A DNA stretch of 58,346 bases from a virus (IMGVR_UViG_3300025769_000128:1-58346), one strand, 5' to 3'. Shown: positions 26,803 to 38,203, counted from the stretch's first letter. The notes: a model not told the origin generated them from the sequence alone. Translations and numbers: made by a program.

Positions 26803-28761
26803 TTAACTCTTATTAAAACTAGCAGCTCCACCAGTAGATGTATTACTAGAAGATTTTTGTAATTTTTCAATCATATCTTTTAAAGCTTTTTCAAAGTTTT
26901 GAGAAGTCGAGGTAATTCTAATCTGTTTTTTATCACTACCTTCTTTTGGTATTAAAACAATTTCATCTTGACCAAGAATCTTCCCAGATGTATCAACTTT
27001 TTCATATCCAGCATTGTTCATTAATTTTCTAAAACCCGTCTCAACAGACATATCATTAATTACTTCAACTAAATCCTCTTCATCTATATCCTTTAGATCA
27101 TAACCCTTAGATCCAGCAAGACCACTAAGTCCTGCATATATAGAAGTTTCACCTAATTTTGCTTCTTCAAATACTTCACCAGTTTTAAAGAAATTATTTA
27201 ATCTTTGACTGTATTGATCTAAATTATTTATGTCGAATTCTAATATTTCTTTTTTAATTCCTTTATTATCTTGCACTGATTTAATTTTAACTATACCAGT
27301 AGCTGGATCGTAACCAATTTCACCAATATTTTTACCATCAATTAACTGACCAAAAGCTTCTTTTATATCAGCTGTATTACCTTTTCTGTCATCGGCTATA
27401 ATAGCTTCAACATCTTCTCTAACAGTCTGTATTAAATCTATTTTTTGTTGCTTTTTTATTTCACCAGCGGTTGGTTTGGGTTGTTTAGGTATTGATTTTC
27501 GCGTACCTGGTATAATTGTTTGTTGAGATTGTTGGGTTAGACCAAGATCTTGATAAACATTTGATTTTAATATTTCTACAGTGTGATTATATTGTTCTTG
27601 GGTGTATCCAAATGTTTTTTGATTTTCCTCTGTTAGGTTTCTATCAAAAAAATCTTTACCTAAATTTACTGGATTTTCTTTATCAATATAAAATTTGTTA
27701 TTAACATCATCCCATACCACCGGATTATAGTAGTAATTTCCGTCTGCATCTTGTTGTGTATATTGATTTATTGCAACATCTGTTGATGTATTACCCCTAC
27801 GCATAATGCTATTAGCCTGTGTTATTATCATAGGATTAAGCATTTGGTTTACTTTATCTTTGTTCACAAAACTAGTAGATATTTGCTCTGTGTATCCTCC
27901 TATTGTATTTGTTCTTGTTGTAACGCCTCCATCAACCATGTATTCATTTGATATTAAACCAGTCTTTGGATTAATCATGCCTGTAGATTCTGTTTGTTTT
28001 TTAATATTACCAACTGCTGTGTGGTTTTTATAAAACAAACCTTCAAATTGTGGATCGCCGTCTTGATTGTTAAATATTTTTTGTAATTCACCTGGTCTTA
28101 TAACATATGAATCTCCATCATTACCTTGTATTTTATTTACTTCAGCAACCCTAGACCCATATAGCTTAATACCAAGAGATGGTATACCATTAGCATCTTT
28201 TTCTTTAATATATTCAACATTTACACCTTCTGTGAATGGATCTTGTACGCTTCTCAATAATGTAAAATATGGAGATGTAAACATTGGATCAACCTGTCCT
28301 TCGCTTTTACCAAAACCACCGACTTCATTAAACGCATCTGTCATGTAGTTGATAGCATTTAAATCTTGCGTAAATCCATTTAAAAATGCTTGATTATTAG
28401 CTAGTATTTTAAGATCACTGTCATAAGAATATATAACCTCGCTAGTTACAGGATCTTTTTTTTCATAAAAACCAGTTGCTGTTTCAAGCCTTGATTTAGC
28501 AGCTGCGTATTCATCAATTGAAGTACTAAGAATATTGTTCGCACTAGCTTGATTTATATATGGTGTTTCCTTTACAATTTTACTCATATCCGCAAAAGCT
28601 TTTTGTGCGGCAATGTCGTTTTTTCTAACTATCTCGAAATTAGCCTTGGCATTATTCCTAGCTATTTCATTATAGTTTGGCCGCGCAACTGAACTTGATT
28701 CAGTTGGAACCTCTGATGGATTATATCTAGTTACGAGTTGGCCCGGATTTCTATAACTCAT
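26803..28761 (-). CDS. Putative internal virion protein (652 aa)
   Basis: Position between pilot-like and giant protein; MSYRNP N-terminus. Confidence 0.6.
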   Translation of the reverse strand: MSYRNPGQLVTRYNPSEVPTESSSVARPNYNEIARNNAKANFEIVRKNDIAAQKAFADMSKIVKETPYINQASANNILSTSIDEYAAAKSRLETATGFYEKKDPVTSEVIYSYDSDLKILANNQAFLNGFTQDLNAINYMTDAFNEVGGFGKSEGQVDPMFTSPYFTLLRSVQDPFTEGVNVEYIKEKDANGIPSLGIKLYGSRVAEVNKIQGNDGDSYVIRPGELQKIFNNQDGDPQFEGLFYKNHTAVGNIKKQTESTGMINPKTGLISNEYMVDGGVTTRTNTIGGYTEQISTSFVNKDKVNQMLNPMIITQANSIMRRGNTSTDVAINQYTQQDADGNYYYNPVVWDDVNNKFYIDKENPVNLGKDFFDRNLTEENQKTFGYTQEQYNHTVEILKSNVYQDLGLTQQSQQTIIPGTRKSIPKQPKPTAGEIKKQQKIDLIQTVREDVEAIIADDRKGNTADIKEAFGQLIDGKNIGEIGYDPATGIVKIKSVQDNKGIKKEILEFDINNLDQYSQRLNNFFKTGEVFEEAKLGETSIYAGLSGLAGSKGYDLKDIDEEDLVEVINDMSVETGFRKLMNNAGYEKVDTSGKILGQDEIVLIPKEGSDKKQIRITSTSQNFEKALKDMIEKLQKSSSNTSTGGAASFNKS

Positions 28762-28767
28762 AATATT

Positions 28768-29430
28768 TTATTGTTTATAATAGCGACCTGTTGTAAAACC
28801 TGACGTTATTTCTCCAGTTGCTTTATTTATTTGTTGTTCTTTTTGTAAACGAGCATCATATTCCATTTGCGCATATCTGGCTTCCATACCTGCCTCAAAA
28901 TCAAGATCTGCATTTGTTCTAGCTTCTTCTGCTTCAAATGAATATTTTGACGCATCAACTGCCGCTGCTTGTACTCTTTGCTTTTCTTGCATTTGTAGTA
29001 TTTCAAGTTTCTGTTGACCTTCTGCTGCTAATTGTGCATTCTTTGCTTCTTGAGATTCAATAGATGCTGAAACAGCATTTTTACTTTGCAACGCGGCTTG
29101 AGCAAGTGCAGTAGCACCGCCAGCCCCCATACCAGTTGCTCTAATTGTATCAAGCGTATTAGCCAATGCAATATCAGATTGCTCCATCTGTATTTCAGCA
29201 GCCTTTGTTGCAACAGATAGATTAGCATATGGATTAGATAGTGTTCCGCTAAGATCTTGTACTGGTTCAGATAGATCTGGTATTTCAGCTCTATTAGCCT
29301 TTAATTGCTCAATATTGTCAAGTCTTTGTTGCTTGTCCTCTCCATATTCTTTTTGACGCTTATTGCTTTGATATATTGCTACACCATTATTAATAGCGTC
29401 TCCTGCTATAGGTAACCAGTTGATTGCCAT
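28768..29430 (-). CDS. Putative DNA-ejection / pilot protein
   Basis: Ala/Gln-rich helical sequence with GMGAGGATALAQAALQSK. Confidence 0.6.
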   Translation of the reverse strand: MAINWLPIAGDAINNGVAIYQSNKRQKEYGEDKQQRLDNIEQLKANRAEIPDLSEPVQDLSGTLSNPYANLSVATKAAEIQMEQSDIALANTLDTIRATGMGAGGATALAQAALQSKNAVSASIESQEAKNAQLAAEGQQKLEILQMQEKQRVQAAAVDASKYSFEAEEARTNADLDFEAGMEARYAQMEYDARLQKEQQINKATGEITSGFTTGRYYKQ

Positions 29431-29436
29431 GTCTTT

Positions 29437-31101
29437 TTAATTTGCAGATAAAACGTGTTCTGATGATACAGCAAACAAACGCTTTAATCCACCAACGTCT
29501 GTTGTATCATCATTTTGCATAGTAACTGTAACATAATAACCTTTAATACCGGATATTTGATCGCCAAATATAACCTCATCTGGTCTTACGGCACTATTAT
29601 TTATTATATTACACATATATTTATTTTCTTTCTTATTAAATCCAGCTCTATAAGTAATTCCATCTTCCACGTATGAACCCTCATCATAACTATATATGAA
29701 GGCTGACGAATCGTTATAACTGTTACCATTTACTTGAACTGAATCTATATCACCAATTATTGAGTTTACTTCCCAACCATTACTTCCTTCGTAATTTATT
29801 GTTTTAAATACCTTAGAAGTAGAAGCATTTGGATTAAATACAAATTCAATAGATGACTTTACAAATGTACCATAAAAACTTCCTCTATTGCTACTTGTTT
29901 CATCATAATGCTGCCATAGTTGACCATCATGACATGTGTAATAAACATTATTGAGAGTTTCTATAAATTCTGGTTTGTAATCCCAGAAGCTAGTCCAACC
30001 ATTATTACCATCATTAAATGATATTGTATGGTATGTACTTGAATTAGCTGGCTGTATTGATAATACATACTTATCTAAGTAGTTATCATATCCTCCAACA
30101 ACTTTGTCTTTAGCAAATTTAAAGAAAGAAAAAGAAGGTGGTCCAAGAGTTGTTGTATCAACTGTTTCATTAACAGTTATTGTTGCTGTATTATTTACTG
30201 TATCTATACTAGATATATTGATTATATATAAACCATTGGTATTATAAAAAGAACCTTGTTGTTGCATGCCTAATTCCAAGTCAGCAACATTGTTATTTGC
30301 ATCACCAGATATACCAAAATTAGTTGTTCCAACAGTAGGAATACCAGATGTAATAGTAAAGTTTAAAAGATTTGTTTGCTTAAATGAATTATTAAGACTA
30401 CCGAGATTGTCTCTAAAAAAGTCTCTTAAACCATATTCACTAATTTCTGTTAAACCATCACGAGACAACCTCATTACTGCACCTCTATTTTTATCAGTGA
30501 AATATAATCTATATCCTTTGTATGCAAAAGATTCTGGGTTATCACTAATACCATACTCGCCAGAATAAGGTACAATTTGACCAAGTACAAGTTGCTGTGA
30601 TGTTACCGCAGCATTGCCGTCTCCTGTATATAGTGCATCTTTATCTATTAACGCTTGATGTACTTTATCTTCTTGAAATATTACAATATTAGTATCCGAT
30701 GAATATAGTTTTTTAATATCACCATATCTTGGATCAAGTTGTTTTTCTATGTTTTGGCCAATAGAAAACACATTTGTTTCGTTAAATCCAGTATTTGAAT
30801 TATATAAACCAGAGTATATAATACCATTTCCTAAAACAGAAACATCGTCATCGTTTTCAGTTATAAAAGCTCTTACACCTAGCTCTGTTTGTGTATTATT
30901 ATAACCGCCTCTAATTCTTGCTTCTTCAACAAACCAAGCATAATCTGTATTAATAGTACTTGTGCCAGCTAAAAGAGGAAAAGTAGGATAACCAGTTGGA
31001 TTCCACGGTAAGCTAGGCCAAGTAGCTTTAGTAGGACCGCTTTCTGGTACCTTTCTTACAACATAAGAATTAAAGTATGTTATTTCTCTAGTTATAGCCA
31101 T
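29437..31101 (-). CDS. Tail structural protein (beta-rich, nozzle/stabilisation-like)
   Basis: GEYGIS.NPESFA, YFTDK.RG.V.RLS.DGLT.IS, K.FKTINYEG. Confidence 0.65.
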   Translation of the reverse strand: MAITREITYFNSYVVRKVPESGPTKATWPSLPWNPTGYPTFPLLAGTSTINTDYAWFVEEARIRGGYNNTQTELGVRAFITENDDDVSVLGNGIIYSGLYNSNTGFNETNVFSIGQNIEKQLDPRYGDIKKLYSSDTNIVIFQEDKVHQALIDKDALYTGDGNAAVTSQQLVLGQIVPYSGEYGISDNPESFAYKGYRLYFTDKNRGAVMRLSRDGLTEISEYGLRDFFRDNLGSLNNSFKQTNLLNFTITSGIPTVGTTNFGISGDANNNVADLELGMQQQGSFYNTNGLYIINISSIDTVNNTATITVNETVDTTTLGPPSFSFFKFAKDKVVGGYDNYLDKYVLSIQPANSSTYHTISFNDGNNGWTSFWDYKPEFIETLNNVYYTCHDGQLWQHYDETSSNRGSFYGTFVKSSIEFVFNPNASTSKVFKTINYEGSNGWEVNSIIGDIDSVQVNGNSYNDSSAFIYSYDEGSYVEDGITYRAGFNKKENKYMCNIINNSAVRPDEVIFGDQISGIKGYYVTVTMQNDDTTDVGGLKRLFAVSSEHVLSAN

Positions 31102-34100
31102 TACTCATCATTTCTTGTTAGTGTAAAGTCAACCCTAGCAGTGGTTCTCAAGCCGCTACCGTTAGCATCGTATAACCTTAAATGAACTCTAAAATCAGTA
31201 TTTGTCCTACGTTCATACTCATACCAACCCCTTTTACTGACTACATTTACATCAAGACATATAAGGCCATTATAGTATTGCAATGTTTCAGCAATTTGAT
31301 CGTGCGTTTGAGCAAATGTGTCTTTAAAAACTCTAAAATATTGCGCATAATTTGGATAAGTTGTCCATTCTGGACCGTCGGGCTTGCCTACCCAATAAAA
31401 CTCAACAAGATCAACGGTCCAGTACAATTGTCTTTTGTATGAATCAGGATCCGTACTTGCCGTTCCATTTTTACCATCTAGAACCTGTATGTTTGTGGCG
31501 CTACTGTCAGTTGTATTTTCTAAGAATGTTCCACTAGGTGCAAATGGACTTGATCCAACAAACGTCGGTTTTGCATTAGACAATTGATTTGGAAAATTAA
31601 TTATAACATCGTTTATTACAGTATCAATTGTTGTATCTGTGAATCTTATAATAAACTTATAATTATTTTTATTAAAACTAGCATTGTCAAAAACAAAATA
31701 TTGACCCGCAGCTGATCTAATGTTATAATCAAATGTTGTACCATCTCTATATAAATCAAATTGCGATGTTACATCTATTCCGATAGCATTTACTACAGAA
31801 ATAATTTGACCAGTCATATTTGTTCCGCTAATATCAACACCAGCAGAATTTACTGGGAAAAACGTTGTTGATAAATTAGAACCAGGATTGTCATCTTCAT
31901 TGCCAATAAATGTAAAATCACCCACACTTACAGCAGCATATTGACTTGCACTATTTGCAATAAACGTATTTAACTCAGATATTAAACCAGATGTACCTGT
32001 TTCATAATAAATATCAAGTTGTGATTCAAATGGTGTGGTTTCATAAACATTTAATCTTGTTTGCTTATATGAAACTTGGTTTGTAGTAACGGAAGAATAA
32101 CCACCAGAGTTACCTATTTGTTTTCTTGTTGATACCTCACCTATAAATGGATTAGAACCTTTTTGTGATATATCTGGTATGCCATAAAAAGGTGAATCAG
32201 TGTATGCGGTACCATCGACATCTTTATCTAAACCAATATCATCTCTTAGTCCAATTCTAACTAACTTGTCTGGTAGTTTATCTGGGAAAAATTGCTTGTT
32301 TTTAGCTAATGTTAAACTAAATACATTGTTATCCACTCTTGGATACATTTTGACAGAACTAGAATACATTATATCCTGTGGACCAACCTCTCTTAAATCT
32401 CTTGGTGCTTTATTAATATTGTCACTAAATAATGTAACGAAAGCAACATTTTCACTTAAGACTTCAGTGCCGTCTTTTGGATAGTTATTTAGTACTGTTG
32501 GTAGATATATATTATAGTAATCTTGTTCTTGTTGTTGAACCACTACTTTATAACTATACCAACCAGTAGGATTTGTATCACTATATAAACCAACATATCC
32601 AAGTTTATTTATAGTTGATGGTATTTCACTGTTAAATACAATTTTCAATGAATCACCGCTATATATATCAGAAGAGTCATATAGTGGAATGTCTCCTCTG
32701 TATTCATTATTTATAGTAGAATTATTAGACGTAATAACATCTGATTGTCTACCAAACTTATCGCAAAGAACAACACCAACTTTATAAGATCTATTTTGCT
32801 TTAATGTGTGTGTTGGATATTCTATTTTATTTAAAGAGTTATTTACTCCAATATCATTTTTCTCACCTACTTGTAATTGATAATTCAATGTTTTAGGTCT
32901 AGCGCTTCTTGCAACATAGTTACCATATATAACTCTATTACCAGTTACCTCTTGGGCTTGAGCTTTGATTGGTGCTTTATCTGCGGCTCTTGTTATCTCA
33001 TCTTGAGGCAGCGTTTTAATTGGAGAATCTGACTTATATGTAAAAGAGTACTGTGTACCAGTTATACCGACTAAATTATCTTTTTCAATTATATCAACAA
33101 CCCTTAACGATGTTTGATCGGATTGCTTGTATATAATCTCTATTGCCTCAACCTTTAATTCATTGTATAAATCTTCAACATTATTAATACCTTCTGGCAT
33201 ATCAATAACAAGATCCATACAGTTTACTTTATTTTCAAAAAATGCGATTATTGTACTTCTTATAGCGTCATTTTCATCGCTACCCTCTGTTGTGACGTCT
33301 GTTGGAAAAGTATCATCAAGAAAATAACCATCTTGCTTTGGTATAAATGCTGCTTGAGAAAATGGAGCTATTAATGAGTGTTCCCCATCTTCAAACTTAA
33401 ATCTATAACTAAACTTAACAAATTTATTAGATAAAAAATCTACATCGCCATCAAAATCAGCATCATAATATGGATTAGCACCAATTGTAACCTCATCAAA
33501 CGTATTTATTGTTTTACCACTAGCCGTTGTATTAGTATGTGTTATTGTGAGACCACTGACTGCTGTAACGTATATACCATCTTCAACTGTTATTATATTA
33601 GTGCCAGATCTTGTTGTGGTTAATAACGAACCAACCCAATTTGAATTAATAGCATAATTAGCTGTAAATTGTGTGGTAGATATTGCTGTTGCGGTTACAA
33701 CTTGTGTTAGTGGTAGATTTTCAGATACACAATCCTTCATTGTTGCATCTTGATTCATGTTTTCGGTTAGTATTGTACCATCGGTTAGTATTGTACCAAC
33801 TATAGTATATGTTCCAGCCCCTAGACCACTAGTAAATGTTACTGTATCACCAACCGCATAACCAGAACCAACAGCATTAACTTTTATTTCAGTAACAGAT
33901 CCACCAAGTACGGTTACATCAAATGTAGCACCAGTTCCAGATCCAGATGTAGAAGATGCAGAGACACCTAATCCAGAGTTAGTATATGTCCCATCAGCCA
34001 TACCAGTATCATTGGTTGTGATCAATAATTCTGAGTTGACCAATAAATCACCATTACCGGTTAGTTTAACCAGTCTTGGTGCGTTCCATGGAAAATATTT

Positions 34101-34628
34101 TAATACTGATACAGTATCTTCTTTATCATAATAACCTGTGTCAGCAATAGCTAAATCAATATTTATTTTTCTCGGTTGATTTCTATTATCTGTAAAGAAT
34201 AATATGTCTTCTAAAACATTAATACCAAGCATTGGATGTGTCTTAGAAAAATTTAAAAATCTACCACTAACCAACGTACTCGCTGTAGAAGAAACTTGAT
34301 CATACATACAGATATAATGGTTAGAAGTCGCAGGGGCAAAGTTTGATACTTGATCTACAGACGTATCATTCCAGTCTGTTATAAAAACAAAAAGTCTTTC
34401 ATTGGCCCTGTCAGCATAAAAACCAATAATATTAAGGTTTATACCAGTGACATTGAAATCAGTTATAGATACATTACCAGCAACGTTTTCTATTGATCCA
34501 GCATTTCCATTGGTAGAATCAGTAATAGAGACATTACGCGCTTCTATATACTCACCATTTTGTAGTAATCTTCTATCAATATCTTGATTCATCTTCCCTT
34601 TTAGGAAGATATTTTTTACCTCTGGCAT
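31101..34628 (-). CDS. Large tail structural protein (stabilisation/nozzle-like) with inserted G/T-rich domain
   Basis: GKMNQD.D.R....GEY..A.N, LFFTDNRNQPRKIN, FSYRFKF.DGE.S, GNRVIYGNY. Confidence 0.7.
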   Translation of the reverse strand: MPEVKNIFLKGKMNQDIDRRLLQNGEYIEARNVSITDSTNGNAGSIENVAGNVSITDFNVTGINLNIIGFYADRANERLFVFITDWNDTSVDQVSNFAPATSNHYICMYDQVSSTASTLVSGRFLNFSKTHPMLGINVLEDILFFTDNRNQPRKINIDLAIADTGYYDKEDTVSVLKYFPWNAPRLVKLTGNGDLLVNSELLITTNDTGMADGTYTNSGLGVSASSTSGSGTGATFDVTVLGGSVTEIKVNAVGSGYAVGDTVTFTSGLGAGTYTIVGTILTDGTILTENMNQDATMKDCVSENLPLTQVVTATAISTTQFTANYAINSNWVGSLLTTTRSGTNIITVEDGIYVTAVSGLTITHTNTTASGKTINTFDEVTIGANPYYDADFDGDVDFLSNKFVKFSYRFKFEDGEHSLIAPFSQAAFIPKQDGYFLDDTFPTDVTTEGSDENDAIRSTIIAFFENKVNCMDLVIDMPEGINNVEDLYNELKVEAIEIIYKQSDQTSLRVVDIIEKDNLVGITGTQYSFTYKSDSPIKTLPQDEITRAADKAPIKAQAQEVTGNRVIYGNYVARSARPKTLNYQLQVGEKNDIGVNNSLNKIEYPTHTLKQNRSYKVGVVLCDKFGRQSDVITSNNSTINNEYRGDIPLYDSSDIYSGDSLKIVFNSEIPSTINKLGYVGLYSDTNPTGWYSYKVVVQQQEQDYYNIYLPTVLNNYPKDGTEVLSENVAFVTLFSDNINKAPRDLREVGPQDIMYSSSVKMYPRVDNNVFSLTLAKNKQFFPDKLPDKLVRIGLRDDIGLDKDVDGTAYTDSPFYGIPDISQKGSNPFIGEVSTRKQIGNSGGYSSVTTNQVSYKQTRLNVYETTPFESQLDIYYETGTSGLISELNTFIANSASQYAAVSVGDFTFIGNEDDNPGSNLSTTFFPVNSAGVDISGTNMTGQIISVVNAIGIDVTSQFDLYRDGTTFDYNIRSAAGQYFVFDNASFNKNNYKFIIRFTDTTIDTVINDVIINFPNQLSNAKPTFVGSSPFAPSGTFLENTTDSSATNIQVLDGKNGTASTDPDSYKRQLYWTVDLVEFYWVGKPDGPEWTTYPNYAQYFRVFKDTFAQTHDQIAETLQYYNGLICLDVNVVSKRGWYEYERRTNTDFRVHLRLYDANGSGLRTTARVDFTLTRNDE
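33763..33798. repeat. 18-bp perfect tandem duplication, in frame
   Basis: tcggttagtattgtacca x2. Confidence 0.85.
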
Positions 34629-34631
34629 AGA

Positions 34632-35834
34632 TTAGTGTTTTATCATCTTAGACTTATTTCTCATAACTTGAATGATCTCATCTTGCTTCAAGTTTTGAAG
34701 TCTAATCTTTGCATTTCTTAGTTTAGCAGATCTCTCTTGCTTTAATCTTCTTACTAAATATTCTGGTTGACCAGATCTAGTTGACACAATAGCATGTAAG
34801 ATATGTGCATACATTGCTTCCTCGGCCATTTTAGGCACCCTAGTGTCCATATCATAAGCCAAGCCATCTGATACATACTTAACAACAATTGTGTTGTTTA
34901 AAAGGTTGCTAGAAAAGTTCCAGCTATTTGTTCTACCATTTATTGTAAACCAACCATTTTGTTGTGTCCACTCTGGCCAAGCACCATATCTTCTTCCGTA
35001 GTAACCACCATAACCACCAACCCCATATCCATAACCATAACCCCACCAATCATATCCTTGGGTAGCTAGATTAGCATTGAATATACCTGTAATCTGGTTT
35101 GTATCGTTTGCCTTCCAATTAGTCTCTGTTACCGATGTTTCTTGTATATTTTTTCCATAATCATCTTGTACATAATCACCACTACTATCTTGCTGTGGAC
35201 TTTCATATGGATTAACTGTGAGATTATTTGCTGGATAAATTATATGTTGCACACCTAAATTATCAATAGCAGAAACTCTTACGTAGTTTACATAGTCTTG
35301 TGGAAGCGGAAAGCTTAAACTACTTGGCATTGAAAACTCTTGTGACTTAACGCTTTTCAATGTGTCATAACTAAATTCTTGCAAACCTCTTTTAGCGTGA
35401 AATATGACATCAGTTCTTTTTACACTTGGTACAAGTTTTCCAGCGCCTACATACGCAACTAAAAAGTTGTTTATAATATCACCTAGCTTGATAAAGGCAT
35501 ATCCACCATAGTTATCTTCAGCTGCTGTAATAAACAAAGCAACTCTCACAAGTATTGGGCCGGTGATTGCAACTGGCACTGAGTTTGTTCCAGATACAAT
35601 GGTTTTTGTTGTTCCAGTTTTTACCTCTGATGCAACCGTGACCCATGTTACACCGCTATCACTACTTGTTTGTAGATAATAGTTTTGCGGATATTCATTG
35701 GCAATACCATCAGTGAGATCTGTATTAAACGCTGTAGTAAATTCAGTTTGGCTTACTTGTACATCAAATACTTTTTGACCAATGTAATACTCTTCGTTAG
35801 TTTCGTTAATTAAGCCAGTTCCTGGAATTTCCAT
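34632..35834 (-). CDS. Putative tail ring / adaptor protein
   Basis: LPQDYVNYVRVS motif; position in structural module. Confidence 0.6.
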   Translation of the reverse strand: MEIPGTGLINETNEEYYIGQKVFDVQVSQTEFTTAFNTDLTDGIANEYPQNYYLQTSSDSGVTWVTVASEVKTGTTKTIVSGTNSVPVAITGPILVRVALFITAAEDNYGGYAFIKLGDIINNFLVAYVGAGKLVPSVKRTDVIFHAKRGLQEFSYDTLKSVKSQEFSMPSSLSFPLPQDYVNYVRVSAIDNLGVQHIIYPANNLTVNPYESPQQDSSGDYVQDDYGKNIQETSVTETNWKANDTNQITGIFNANLATQGYDWWGYGYGYGVGGYGGYYGRRYGAWPEWTQQNGWFTINGRTNSWNFSSNLLNNTIVVKYVSDGLAYDMDTRVPKMAEEAMYAHILHAIVSTRSGQPEYLVRRLKQERSAKLRNAKIRLQNLKQDEIIQVMRNKSKMIKH

Positions 35835-35840
35835 ATCCTA

Positions 35841-36863
35841 TTATCTTTTTTCAGTTACTTCGTCTTTTTGCGCCTCATTAGCTGCGAATTGAATCACCTG
35901 TGGATCTCTAATAACAATGCCACAATATTTCAACACATTAATAATGAAATCATCTCTTTCTGAAACATGAAGTTCAACATTTGTAGATCCGTACGTACTA
36001 TTACCATTAAAGTTCGCAGCTGTTAGTGTTATTACTGGACCAGTACTACCGCCACCAACTTGTGCAGCATCAATTGTAATTACATCTCCTACAACATAAC
36101 CAGTTCCCGCTGTTGTTACATCTATTGTACATGTTGTTGCATTGGTTGCCGTAATACTCATAACAAGACCTGTTCCACTACCACCAGTGTATGATGGATT
36201 AGCATATGTACCTGCGGATCCACCAGCTAATGCTGTTGTGATTGAACCAGTAAGTGTGCTTGTGCCTGTGTTTAGTAAATTTGCACCATAGGTTGTTGAG
36301 TCATATACATATTGACCAAGACTACCTACACTATAACCCCAACGTACATCATCTGGCTTTTTTAAATAATCAACTGATAGACTGCTTGTTATGCTAGTAG
36401 GTCTAACGTACATTCTTTCGTTTTCATACAAATAAGAAGGAAAATCTAGTGTTGATGCTGTGAGTGGAGAGTTTTGTATATTATAAAACTCATTACGTTG
36501 TTGACGTTGTAATTCAACCACTTTGCTATTTAATCCAGTATAGGTAACAGCGCCTAGTCTATATAAATCTGTTGGAAGTGTAAAAAATGGAGTTGCTGGT
36601 GTTGTAGAGTTATCGTATGTTCCAGTTCCAAATCTTTTAAAAACAGATAGCTTCTCATCAACGTTCATAACGCGATCAGAATAATCCATATCTGTTTGTG
36701 GTACGCGTACAAGTTGGTTCAGATCGTCTGAATAATTTTCAAACATTTCTAGCTGAACCTGAGTGGCTAGTTTGTTAAACTCGTCAGGTGTAATATATCC
36801 TCGTTGCTCTTTATTTAGTATTGATAGTATAGTCTTGTAGACTTGATTAACATTTATCGCCAT
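35841..36863 (-). CDS. Putative head-tail adaptor / ring protein
   Basis: NKEQRGYITP.EFN, LP.DLYRLG, YLKKP..V.W; G/T-rich insertion. Confidence 0.6.
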   Translation of the reverse strand: MAINVNQVYKTILSILNKEQRGYITPDEFNKLATQVQLEMFENYSDDLNQLVRVPQTDMDYSDRVMNVDEKLSVFKRFGTGTYDNSTTPATPFFTLPTDLYRLGAVTYTGLNSKVVELQRQQRNEFYNIQNSPLTASTLDFPSYLYENERMYVRPTSITSSLSVDYLKKPDDVRWGYSVGSLGQYVYDSTTYGANLLNTGTSTLTGSITTALAGGSAGTYANPSYTGGSGTGLVMSITATNATTCTIDVTTAGTGYVVGDVITIDAAQVGGGSTGPVITLTAANFNGNSTYGSTNVELHVSERDDFIINVLKYCGIVIRDPQVIQFAANEAQKDEVTEKR

Positions 36864-36884
36864 AGTTTATTTATTATTTATAGA

Positions 36885-36913
36885 AGCTAAGCCACCTTAA
36901 AGGTGGCCTAACT
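36885..36913 (-). terminator. Intergenic hairpin
   Basis: AGTTAGGCCACCT-TTA-AGGTGGCTTAGCT; weak U-tract. Confidence 0.5.
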
Positions 36914-36934
36914 ACTATAAAGTATAATCACATA

Positions 36935-37828
36935 TTATGAGAGTTTTTTCTCAATGTTTGAGAAAACCTCCATGCCCTCATCTGTCTTAAAGAATGATGC
37001 CATTGCAGAATATGGATGCTCATCAAATGGAACAGTAATTAGTTTTCTATCACTGCTTCCCCAGGTAAATGTTCTTTGATCTGCGGACAATTTGATAATA
37101 CCTGCTTCTGTAGCTTTTACAGCAACATTTCTGAGATGCACATTTTCGTCATTTGCTAGATCCATAAACAAAATTGGATTTTTCTTAGCAAAAATGAAAA
37201 GATCTCGCTTAAGTTCAGATGAACTCATTGTTGATACTTTAGATCCAATCTCAGCTCTTAATATAGCTTCTGCCATTTCAATATCCATTTGTTTGGCAGC
37301 AGCCATTGCTTCAAATTCAATCTCCATAAAATCAAGTTCATCATTTGCTTCGCCAACTGGATCAAATTCTGCGTAAACTTTATTTTTCATTGGATGATAA
37401 AGCGAAAGAAGCTTTTGCAATGCTTGATTTTGTCTAGAAACACTAAGTGCACCATTCTCAAAAATAACACTAAGTGCACCATTCTCAAAAATAATATGAG
37501 CAAGTGTTGCTTCTCCAACTTGTTCATCAACAAAAGGAGACTTTTGATTAGATGCGTATCTAATTTCTTTTTGTTCACCAGCAGCTTCATCAAAGTAAAG
37601 AAGAGGTTTTCTTCTTGTATGTCTACTTGGAATTGAATAGCTTAAGGGTGATTTACCATTCAACAAATAATATGAGCGATCTTTAATTTCCCACTCATTA
37701 TTAGTTTTTTTAGGTTGTTCAGTAATAACTTTTGGTGCAATTACTGGTTCTTGAATTGTAACACCGTCTTTTGGCGTTGGTTGTTTTGCGGCTGGTTTTT
37801 TAGTTGCCGCTGTTTTCTTTTGTTCCAT
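36935..37828 (-). CDS. Structural or assembly protein (297 aa)
   Basis: Long ORF downstream of the capsid gene; contains a 27-bp duplication. Confidence 0.7.
   Translation of the reverse strand: MEQKKTAATKKPAAKQPTPKDGVTIQEPVIAPKVITEQPKKTNNEWEIKDRSYYLLNGKSPLSYSIPSRHTRRKPLLYFDEAAGEQKEIRYASNQKSPFVDEQVGEATLAHIIFENGALSVIFENGALSVSRQNQALQKLLSLYHPMKNKVYAEFDPVGEANDELDFMEIEFEAMAAAKQMDIEMAEAILRAEIGSKVSTMSSSELKRDLFIFAKKNPILFMDLANDENVHLRNVAVKATEAGIIKLSADQRTFTWGSSDRKLITVPFDEHPYSAMASFFKTDEGMEVFSNIEKKLS
37439..37492. repeat. 27-bp perfect tandem duplication, in frame
   Basis: IFENGALSV x2. Confidence 0.9.
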
Positions 37829-37850
37829 AATATAATATAATTAAATAAAT

Positions 37851-37890
37851 AAAAAAGAAACTTGAGGCCGCGTATTGCGACCCCAAGTTT
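37851..37890 (-). terminator. Rho-independent terminator after the capsid operon
   Basis: AAACTTGGGGTCGC-AATAC-GCGGCCTCAAGTTT followed by CTTTTTT. Confidence 0.85.
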
Positions 37891-37898
37891 TATAATAA

Positions 37899-38177
37899 TT
37901 AAGCAAGCGTGGTGAATGTATCGTTATAAGGATATTCAATCAAACCTTTTGCATCTGTCCCTGCATTGAGTGACAAAGTAATAAGATTTGTAAATCTTCC
38001 TTCAAGAGCTAATTCAGCAGCTGCGTCAGCAAGTGTGATACCAACTGTAATTGTATCGCCACTAAGATAAGTGAATACAATATTATTGCTACCATTGCTT
38101 GCCACATATTTAATCAAACCTTCAACTGGAATAATTCCAATATTGTCTGTATTATAAGTAATCTTAATCGGTTGCAT
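37899..38177 (-). CDS. Hypothetical protein, possible capsid accessory (92 aa)
   Basis: Between the capsid gene and the terminator. Confidence 0.65.
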   Translation of the reverse strand: MQPIKITYNTDNIGIIPVEGLIKYVASNGSNNIVFTYLSGDTITVGITLADAAAELALEGRFTNLITLSLNAGTDAKGLIEYPYNDTFTTLA

Positions 38178-38203
38178 TTTTTATATATTTTTAAAATTAA
38201 TAA

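Noticed and set aside
33444-33467. YDADFDGD in the 1175-aa protein resembles the RNA polymerase catalytic motif NADFDGD
   Set aside because: It lies in a beta-rich tail-type protein with no other double-psi-barrel RNAP motifs; probably coincidental
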